A stretch of DNA of 64,000 nt from Felis catus (Eukaryota): the NCBI RefSeq assembly GCF_018350175.1, contig NC_058383.1:24616001-24680000 (forward strand), in the 5' to 3' direction. The notes under the pieces are model-generated. The model had not been told where the DNA came from. It ran no database searches and was given only the letters and a program-made list of their open reading frames with translations. Within the stretch, counting starts at the first letter, position 1. Each line of letters begins with the position of its first letter. Made by a program: the position numbers and the translations under genes. Below, one piece after another: positions 38,501 to 49,700 of the stretch.

Positions 38501-41299
38501 CTCCCACATTGGCAGTAAATGTCAGGGCTAATAGTTGGCCTGGTACTTGATATTCATGGGACTGAAAGAGGCTGCTGCTCCACATGATGCTTAACTCTAC
38601 AGCTCAATGTTTGAGTGGAATTATGAGCTCTTGGCACTGAAGTCTCTAATTCTTCTATGCTTTGTGCAGGCTGGAATATTCCTTATGAATTCAATGAATC
38701 TGACCTGCGGATTAGTATGCGGCAGATCCAGATGTTTCTGAACGACTACAAGGAGGTGCCATTTGATGCCCTGACTTACCTGACAGGTATTTCTGGGAGG
38801 AAGCTTTGCAGTTATAAATGTCCAGTATCCTACTCCACCCCTCTGCTCTTCTGGTTCCACCTCCATTCATTTACTTACTCAATCATTCTTTCAACAAACA
38901 TTGAGCTCTTACTAATGCTGGTCACCATGACAGATGTTATAAAAAACGAAGATACGATTCCTACCTTCAAGTGGCTCACAGTCCACAAAGGAAAAAATAT
39001 ATATAAAGAAATAAATGACAGTACAGTCATAAATTCAGCAAGGGAAACATTTATAAAGTCGAAAGGCAATGCAGTGATTAAATCTCAGGGATGGGGTAGG
39101 GGGTGATCATGAAATACTTCCTGAAGGCATAAAGGATGGGTTTTGAGGGATGAATAGGAGTTTTACAAGTGGAAGAAGAAAGCAGGGTAGGCAGTGGGAA
39201 AAAAGAAGGAGAGCGTTCCTAGCACAGGTATCCTAAAGTGAAAACATCACTTGCTGTTTTATATTAAAGCAGTCTACAGTGACCTTTTATTAGTCACTCA
39301 GATATTTACTAGTACGTGATATAGAAGAATGTAAATGGATAGAACTTGGTTGCTTCCCTCATGGAACACATCATGTAGGCCCAGAGATAGGAGATAAAAT
39401 ATAGATGGGTAAAGCGAGTGGAATACCATGGCGGAAGGTCAAAATGAAGCACAGTTGGAAAACCCTGGTGTCTTCAATATTACGGGGGCACCTGGGTGGC
39501 TCAGTCAGTTAAGCGTCAGACTTCGGCTCAGGTCATGATCTCGCGGTTTGTGAGTTCGAGCCCCTTGTCGGGCTTTGTGCTAACAGCTCAGAGCCTGGGG
39601 CCTGCTTCAGATTCTGTGTCTCCCTTTCTCTCTGCCCCTCCCCCACTCATGCTCTGTCTCTGTCTCAGAAATAAAAACATTAAAAAAAAATTTTTTTTTA
39701 AAGATTACATACAAGTTCCTTCCTCAGCTCCATATGTTAAGGAGTTTGTGTGGATCCTTTCCCCGACTGTGTGGCAGATGCTCCATATATACACAATCAT
39801 CACCTTGAGTCTTCACAGTAACCTTATGAGCTTCATGTTAGTGACCCCATTTTAGAGTCAATGAGACTGAGGCCTTAGAGCAGTGGTTCTCAACAAAGGG
39901 CAGTTTTGTCCCCCAGGGGACATTTGGCAATGTCTGGAGACATTTTTGCTTGCCACCACTAAATAGAGATGCTACTGGGTAGAGGCCAGGGATGCTGCTG
40001 AACAACCCACAATGCATAGAACAGCCCTCACCACACAGAACTATCCAGTACAACCTGTTAATACTGCTAAGATTGAGAAATCGTACTTCAGAGTGATTAA
40101 GTTCGGTTGTAAAAGGTCACATAGACCTTACTTAACGCAGTACGCTGTCCCCTAAAATGAAACCCCAAGTGACATGCACAACATAAGCTCAGTGGATATT
40201 AGTTTGGTGAAAGAACTTCTCTAAAGAAGTGAGTCATTTTCCTCTCATTTCAGGTCACACAGAAGCATATGCCAGGGCTGTTCTTCAGAATGGAGAATGA
40301 GTGCATACTTGCCCTAGGATAAGGTCTTAGTATGGGACTTCCTGGAGCCCATAAAGCAACCTTCCCTGACCGTGTCAGCCCACTTGGAGGAGACTCACTT
40401 CCCACCTAGGCCAGTCAGCATAGGCTAATTAGGCCAGGAGAATCAACAGCCCCCACATCTCAAGGGTGTAAGACATCTAAGGTCCATTTCTCAGCCACTC
40501 TACATGTCTGGGGTGAAATGGCAGGGGTCTGTGCTCATTGTGATTATCTATCTACCAGCTGGCAGAAGCTCCACCCACTTTTGATGCCATGTCTCAGCAC
40601 ATACTTGTGTGGTCACTGCCACAGGAATAGCACTGAAGGGCTCATGCCAGGAATTAAATGCACAAGAAGTTGTCTCCCATACCTGGCCCCCGCAAGGGAC
40701 CCAGAGAAGTGTAACTTGCCTATGTGCCTGGAAGGAAAGAAAAACCAGATGTGGATGATCATTAGAACTCTGTGCTGACACTAACCAAAGAGACGGGTCT
40801 TGTTTGAACAATGGTTATCACATTCAGTGGGCCGAAGTCAATGCATTATTCATCTGGTACCCCCAGCCTTGGCAGGGAGAGTAGAGACCTTAGAGGAGAC
40901 AAAAGCAAGGGGTGCCTGGGTGGCTCAGTCGGTTAAGCTTCTGACTTCATCTCAGGTCATGATCTCACGGTGCATGAGTTCAGGCCCCACATTGTGCTCT
41001 TTGCTATCAGCACAGAGCCCACTTTGGCTCCTGTGTCCCCTGTTCCCTCTCTGCCCCACCCCTACTCTCTGCCCCTCCCCCACTCGAATGTGTGCTTTCT
41101 TTCCACCCCCCCCTCAAAAATAAATAAACAGTAGGGGTGCCTGGGTGGCTCACTCCGTTAAGTGTCCAACTTCATCTCAGGTCATGATCTCACAGTTGGT
41201 GGGCTCAAGCCCTGCATCGGGCTCTGTGCTGACGGCTCAGAGCCTGGAGCCTGCTTCAGATTCTGTGTCTCCCTCTCTCTCTGCCCCCCCTCTGCTCAT

Positions 41300-41338
<39 letters not shown>

Positions 41339-42552
41339 AATAAATAAACATTAAAAAATTTTAAAAAATAGTTGGGCTCCTTTAAAAAAATTAAAAAATT
41401 AAAAATAAATATTAAAAAAAGACAAAAGTACATCCTGGCTCCCATAGGAACTTGTGCTCTTGATACCAGAATAGACCTATAAGTAGCTATAAAGAAATCC
41501 ACCTTCCTTCACAAACATAAAACCCAAAGCCTGCAAGGGTATCCCCTGGAGGAAAATTTGCTGATAAGGGTGTGGTGGCAGGACCTTGCACTATGACTCT
41601 GTGCCTGAGATTTACCTTTACTTGGGTTCACTTTTGGGTGCCCTCGAGCTCTGCCATGCTGACTTCAGTGAGGGAAAACCACTGCGCCTTTGATGTTATA
41701 TTTTTAATTGTTATATTTAATATAGTGCTATCAAAAGCTTGTTTATAGCTGAGACCAACCGTAATGTTCAAACTGAACTTTGCTAAACGCCTGGAAAAGT
41801 CCATAGAGAGAGCCTCAGAAATCTAGATGGTCTGGCTTAAGGTAAAACAGCATCTGCAGGGCTCAAATTACTCAAAAAGTAAATAGACCCTTACTCTGCC
41901 CTTAATGAGCCACCCATATCCTCCTCCTTCACATTTAGACCCCTCCGAGACCAAGAGAAGCTGAGGCCTCCTGCCCCCAACCTCCTGTTTCTTGTCTGTA
42001 GACCTGTGTCTTCCTGGAATGGTTGGAATTGGAAATGAGCCTGCATATGTGTGTCCACACACGCATATACACACAGATGCGTTTCCTCCTTGAAGACTAG
42101 TGTGTTGTCCATTAACTACCAAATACCAGGTGGCACCCACATACTATGGAATCTGGACCAGCTAGAAAATGCGTCATGGGCTTGGCGAGATGGATTTGAT
42201 GTGGCTTCCAAAGAATTACCTAATTATTTTTGTAGAAATCTGAGTGTAGAAACCTGAGTCTCAGAGAATGATATTAATGATGGGGGTGGAGTATGCCAAA
42301 GCAGTATGTATGGGATAATCACAATTTTCAAAAATATATTTATTTGTAATAGCTGTAATAAATTGAATACTTTCTGTGTGCTATATATTGTGCTAAATGT
42401 TTTATAAGCATTATTAACCACAACCTTGTAAGATGGGTACTGCAATTATCTCTGCTTCTCGACAGATGAGAAACTGCTGGGATTGGAACCCAGGACTGTC
42501 TTATGCCAAAGTGCTTGCCCTGAACCACCTTTATGTAATGCCTTTCGTGTAT

Positions 42553-42592
<40 letters not shown>

Positions 42593-43689
42593 CCACACAC
42601 ATGAAGAAGATGCCTAAATGTTCACAGTTACCTTTGATGGAATTATTGGTGATTGTATTGGTTTTTTCTTTCAGTTTATTTTTACTTCCTAATTTCTAAT
42701 GTGGTGAATAAGTACTATTTTTGTGGCAAACATAATACCAAAAAGGCCTGATCTCATCCCAATGTGAGCATTGGTTTCAGCAACCCTGCATCTAAGCAGA
42801 GTTTCTTGGCCGGAAGAATCCTCTGTTTTAGGTTAATGACCAAGTTCATTATGACCTTCCTTGAGCTCAACTTCTTCCTGTTGGTTGTCCACAGGGGAAT
42901 GTAATTACGGGGGCAGAGTGACTGATGACAAAGACAGGCGTCTCCTGCTATCCCTTCTGTCCACGTTCTACTGTAAGGAAATTGAGCAGGACCATTATTC
43001 CCTCGCTCCTGGAGACACTTACTACATTCCTCCTCATGGCTCCTACCAGGTGAGGGGCTTGGCAGTCTCCATGTGGCTAGGGGCTGCGGCATAGCCAAGG
43101 AGAGCCAGGGGTAGCTTTGGGCTTCCTGACTTGGGACCATAAGTTATTTCCAATATTCCAAAAAGCCTCTAAGAGAGACATTATTATTATTGAATGAAAA
43201 CTGGGTATTTGATAGACAAGATCTTTTCAAAATGTGGGGCCCATCTTGGGGAGTTAAGGGGAAGGATGGTTAAAATGAAGCCTTGGTAGTAACCTGGTTG
43301 CAAATTGCTACTTGAAAACAAAGGTTCAGAAAGTGGCTAAAGGGGAAGGACAGAAAAACTGGATGGGAGAATGAGAACAGGAAGAAGAAAAAAGGAAATC
43401 TGTAAGAGCTTTAAGAGGGATTTCTTTTATTAAACACCTGTTATATGCCAAGGCCTATTACTTTGTAAGTTCACTTATCTTCCCATTTACAGATAAGGAA
43501 ACTGGGGGTCAAGGTTACACAGTTAGTTTTCAGTAGAGCTAGGATCCAAACCCAGTTCAGTCTGACTGTAAAGCCAGAACTGCAGGGGGAGCAGGGAGAA
43601 GCTAGGGGTGGGAGGGGAGATACTCAGTCCTTCTGCCTTCATACTCACTCCCCAGAAGACTGTATGAGGAACAGCTTGGGGTGTGTTCA

Positions 43690-43735
<46 letters not shown>

Positions 43736-46700
43736 TTGGTTGGTGTGGGGGGTGGTGGGCAGATGTGGCCTGTGCTACCAATCCAATGTGATTCTTGCTT
43801 GGGTTGGGTACAGCTAAGCCCTGAGTGATCTCTGGGACCCCAGAGGACCTGGGTTTGTGTCAACTGAACATTTCCTTTCCAGTCCTATATCGAGTATCTT
43901 AGGAACCTACCCATCACAACCCACCCAGAAGTCTTTGGCCTCCATGAGAATGCTGACATCACCAAGGACAACCAGGAAACCAACCAGCTGTTTCAAGGAG
44001 TGCTGCTGACCCTCCCTAGGCAGTCAGGAGGGAGTGGCAAGTCCCCTCAGGTAATTGGGCTTTGGGTGGGAGACGTAATTCCATTCACAGACATTTGTCC
44101 GTCTGGTGGTCATGCAGGATTGTGGGTGATAACCTAGAAGGCCGACGATCGGAGGCTTGGCAGACTCCATGGGGCATGGGTGCTCTGGTCTTCCTGCTGA
44201 GAGTCCTTAAATACAGAGCTGGAAGAGCAGCAGTGTTTCCGGATTGTCAGCTGCTCCTATATAACCCTCAGGAGTCATTGCTCTACCCATATGTCATCTA
44301 TACTACATTTACATAATATTTAAAACAAAATCTCTTAAGAACATTTCTTTTAAACACTGCATATCATGCGACTCTTGATCTGGGGGTCATGGGTTAAAGC
44401 CTTACATTGGGTGTAGAGATTACTTAAAAAATAAAATATTTTAAAAAGCTCTGCACATCAGTACCATAAATGGAAACCCAATGTCACTTACATAAAGTCA
44501 CAACAGCCACAAAAAGAAAATGAAAACTAAACGGTTATTAGGTTCTTCGCAGATTATGTTGCTGAGGCCCTGCTGGCTGCTTGTGAAAAGAGGAGGATCA
44601 GCCAGTGTTACAGAGCGTTTAGTTAGCACTGATCTGAGACTTTGTCCTTGAGAAGAATGAAAAGAGAAAGGCAGCTGAAACTTGGAAAGAGAATGACTTT
44701 ATCACCATGTGATTCAACATGATGTGTTCCATGTCCTGGAAACACCTAGAAACAGCTTGGGTGCCTCTTGCAGTCCATGCTTTATGAGGCACAGACCTGG
44801 TCCACCATCCTCAGTCTACAGATGGGGGTGAAATAGCCCAGTGGGAGGAAGAGACCTGCTTCAAAGCATTCATCAACTCAGAGGCAGAGCCAGATCCAGG
44901 ACTGCCATCTCCTGACTCCACCACACCCTCTTCTTTCCTATCCTTCCCTTCCCTTCTCCATCTTCTTAGCTACTCCATGTTCAAGCCCTCTCAGCTGTGG
45001 GTTTCTCTTGATTTGGCTCATAGTGCCATAAATGATAATAGGTATAAAGATAGAGCAGCCTGCTTGGTTTCAGTTTAGGGATGGAAATTCCCCTCACTGT
45101 GAGAAGCGGGAAGGAAGTGTGTGTTCCAAGCCTTTCAGATCCACAGGATGGCAGAGCTGTGTGTCTCTCCCACACCCAGGTCCTACTCCTTGCTCCTCTA
45201 GGCCTGTCCCCTCCCCTACTTGGCCAACCCCATTGCCCTGGGCTATTCTTGCTCGATGCTGAGGAATGGCTTACCACTTTTCCAGGTGTCCTATACGGTC
45301 ACTGGCACTGAGCAAGAGTCCCATCTGTACCATGAGCTGGTTATGAGGGGCTGGCTGAGAGAGCTGTGGGAGATGCTCTCCTAGGAGGAGTTTGGCTGGG
45401 TTCAGCACTGCCTGAGGCTACCTATCCAGCCGTCAGAACCTTGCTTCGGGTGTAAGAATAGGGCTCTTATTGCTTAGGTTTTTTTACCTTCTGGGCCAAG
45501 AGGTGATGCCTTCAAGAAGACTGGTAGAGAGGTAAGTGACCTCCTTGCCCCTAGGCAGAATTGGCTTTTGTAGGAGAGTTCCCAGGAAGGTCCTGTAGGC
45601 TGTGATTAAAAAGACCAATGCTCACTGCTTCAGGTTTACCCAGACAAAGCCACAGTGCACAGGCCTTGTTTCTCATTCACCTCTCTACATCTGTACTTTA
45701 AGGAAGTCATTGAGGAGCTGGCTCAGGACATACTCTCCAAGCTTCCCAAAGACTTTGACCTGGAAGTGGTCGTGAAGTTGTACCCTGTGGTCTATGAGGA
45801 ATCCATGAACACTGTCCTAAGGCAGGAGCTCATCAGATTCAACAGGTGGGCTAGATGGTCTTACTTGGATCCTTGGAGTGGGAGTGTAGGGGTATGATCT
45901 CATGGGCAGTAACTGACATGTGCACTTGATAAGTGGTTTGCCCCACCTATGGGGAGGGCTGTGAATAGGACCATCCCAGCATGTGTTGACCCAAGTTTAA
46001 CTCAATTTTTCTAGTCATTCTCTTCCACTCATTGATAGTACACCTGTAAAATCAGCTTAAAACCAATACCAAGCAGACTCATAGTAAAAGTAATTATCAG
46101 AGCCACTTTTCTTGAGCCCTTAGTGCCAGGTATAGCTCCAAGCACCATGTATGTGTTTGTATTCAAACCATATAATAGTCTTTTGAAATAGGAACAGTTA
46201 CTAATCCCTCTGCCCCCATTTTAAAGGTGAGAAAACAGACCCAGAAGAGTTATACAACTTGCACAAGGTCATACAGTAATTCAGTGACAGAATGGAGTTT
46301 GAACCCAGGCTGTCTGATTCCAGAGCCCATACACTTACCCAATATGTGAAATCAGGGCGAATATAGAAAAGGGTGGAGAGAAGTTTATCCCATTGCCCCT
46401 ACCACACAGGTAGAGAAGGGGTGTGATGGGCTGGCCATGGAGCTAAGGGTCTCTGGCCCTCCTTACTTCTCTAGTTACTACAGCAGAGAACCCAATAGAT
46501 CATCTTGATTTGACTTCTAAATAAAACTGAAAGGGTTCTCAAAGACCATATATACCAAATGAGAAAACTCATCACTTCTGTCTTCAAGTCAAAGGTTCTC
46601 ACTGCTCCCAGCTCTCCATCTGTTACTGTCTCCATTTTGCCTCATTGATCATTGCTTAGTTTTAGGGACATCCCTAAACTCTGAAGTACTAAAGAACTGG

Positions 46701-49700
46701 AAGAATGTCATCTAAGTATTCCTTGCCTTCTCAGTGTTAGGATTAGAATCAACTCTAGAGTCAACAGACAGTTGACCATATGGGGGAATGAAGCAAAGTA
46801 TAGGGTGTGAGCTAAGGATGCAGCAGCACTGCTGTGAGTCAGATACTTTGCATGATGGGATGTAGTTGTCATTCATCCAGATGCCAAGCCTAATGGCTTT
46901 GCTCTTCTGCCATCCATCCTCTCCTAAGGTCACAGGAACTCTTCCTTAGTGGTTGTAGGGGCCTTCACTAGCCTTTACCACTGGTCATTGTAATAGAAGA
47001 GAACAGGGTAATAGCAATCTTATTTTCCAATGACGGTCAGGATTAATCACATTGAGTAATCTACCCCCACATCCTCACCAATCACTTTTTTTTGGCCTGT
47101 TCACCATGTGGTATGAGAATATCAAAATGATTAGGTGACAGTTCAGTTTCCAGTTCAGGGGAATCATTACTGTGTCTTCTGAGGCAAACGTTACTTCCTA
47201 AAACCTTGAAACTAGCAGAGCACATAGTTAAAAAAAAAATAGAAAAACTCTTACAAGTAAGTCTTTAGGTGTAATAGCCAAAGGTCTGTGGAATAATCCT
47301 TCAGATAGTAACTTTGCCCCTTGACTCTTTAGCCAAGCACATGAACCAAAGTTCTGACCCTTAAATTCCTCTTAATATGAATATTAAGTGATTACACGTC
47401 TAGGAATCCCTTTCTTGCATATGATCATTCTCATATCCACTTGGCTGGGATTCCAAAAATTGCTAGAGATGACAAGTTATTTCTGGTGGCATATTCTTTG
47501 GCATTCTCAGGTGAATTCCCTCTGGGCTTAGCTAGGCCTCAAAACGTAGAGGCCAGAGAGAGAGGCAGACAATCTTGGCATCTCCCAGGCTGCCTTTTCT
47601 CAGGCATGGACCTCATAATCTATGAAAAGAACTTTGGCAATATGGATCAAACCCCTTCAAATTGTATTACCTTTTGACCTAGAAGTTCTACCTTTCATAG
47701 GAAAATCATTATAAGTTTCCACAAAGATTGATATGGATGGATGTTCCTAGCAATGTTGTTAACAGTGATAACAAACCTAGAAATAACATGTTTCAGCAAT
47801 AGGGAAATGGTTAAATAAAATGAAATACCTTGTAGTCATTAAAAAAGGATGATTTAGGTCTCTATTGAATTGGAAAGATGCTCCCTATACGCTGAGAGAA
47901 AAACAGATTACAAAAAAGTAATATAGTTAATACCATTAAAAATAATTTATGTTTACATATAGAAAAATTTGGAAAGATAAACATCAAAGTTATCTTTAGG
48001 TGGTGAGATACCAGGTGATTTCATTTTTTTCTCATCTTTATAATTTTTCCATCATGAATGTATATTACTTGTCTGACCTTTCAAAGAGGGGAAAAGTGAA
48101 AGGAGACCTGAGTCAGGGTATTTGGGTAGGGTAAAGCTGGAGAAGCTGGCTGAGCCAGCTCCTTTGTTCTTGCAGGCTGACCAAGGTCGTTCGCAGAAGC
48201 CTCATTGATCTTGGCCGAGCCATCAAAGGACAGGTCCTGATGTCCTCAGAGCTGGAGGATGTCTTCAGTAGCGTGATTGTGGGTAAAGTGCCAGCCATGT
48301 GGATGGCCAAATCCTACCCATCCCTAAAGCCCCTGGGGGGCTATGTGGCTGACCTGCTGGCCCGCCTGGCCTTCTTCCAGGTACCTGGGAGTCAGGGCAG
48401 CTGGGCACCTGGCACACGCATTCAGGTAGAGAGGACATTCTGAAATGGATTGAGCACCTACTGGAAACAGTCTTGCCAGAATTGAGGGCAGGAGTCGGAA
48501 CTAGAATAAATGTCACAAACTAGTGGCTCATGGGCCAGATTTGACTAATAGATATATTTGGTTTGGCTGCCTGGTAATTAAAAAAAATTTTTTTAAGTTT
48601 ATTTATTTTGAGAGAGAGAGTGTGTGTGCATGTGTGAGCGTGTGCAGAGAAGGGGCAGAGAGAGAGAGGGGGAGAGAGAATCTCAAGCAGACTCCATGCT
48701 CAGTGCAGAGCCTGATGCGGGGCTTGTTCCCATGACTGTGAGATCATTACATGAGCTGAAATCAGGAGTCAGATGCTTAACTGACTGAGCCACCCAGGTG
48801 CCCCTAATTTAAAATTTTTTGAGATAGCATGTAAACATTGAATTATTACACATAACAATCCAGATGTTTGTCCTGCAAAAAAAGGAAGAGCTGAAACAAT
48901 GAGCCTGCATTCCTGCATGGCAACTATTATGAGATGAGTGGCTGTTGCTCAGTTTAGGCAAGGCACATAGTTTCCACCATTACATTCCCTGCCAGTGTCT
49001 ATTATACCCCGACACCAGCTTGCACCTGTGCTTTTCTTAAAGTAGAAATATATGTTTGTACCTTCATTTCAAAAGTGGGGGAAAAAAGTGGGAAAATACA
49101 AACTAAACTGAGAGGGCTACCTGTTTTGAGAAAAAAGAGAAAAAACATCTTTCTTAACGGAACTCATTTACATTACCTGCCTTTGAACTATCTTTGATGT
49201 GCTGTTGATTTTGAATTTTTATTTCTGTGACTCTCCAGGAATGGATTGACCACGGGCCCCCTGTGGTCTTTTGGATCTCTGGATTTTACTTCACACAGTC
49301 ATTTTTGACCGGTGTTTCTCAGAATTATGCCCGGAAATACACCATCCCCATTGACCACATCGGATTTGAGTTTGAGGTAGACATACTTTGGGTTAGGCCA
49401 GCTCAAGGGACCAACCAGAGAAAGTAATGTTGCCTGTTTTTTAATGAGTCCAAACATTTGGATGTGTTAAGGCCCAAATGCTTCTGAGATGGTACAAGTG
49501 AAGTATTTAGTATGACTTAAAAATAGCTCCAAAATTTATTCCAGACAGAATCAGAGAATTCCCAAGGCTTTGTTGCTGTGTATACATAAAGAATATTTCC
49601 AGAGAAAAACTCTGCCACCATTATACCAAGAAAAATTAAAGCATACTTCCCTATTGTTTATTCATCATGCTGGACTCTTCATTTGGAAAGATGTTAATGG

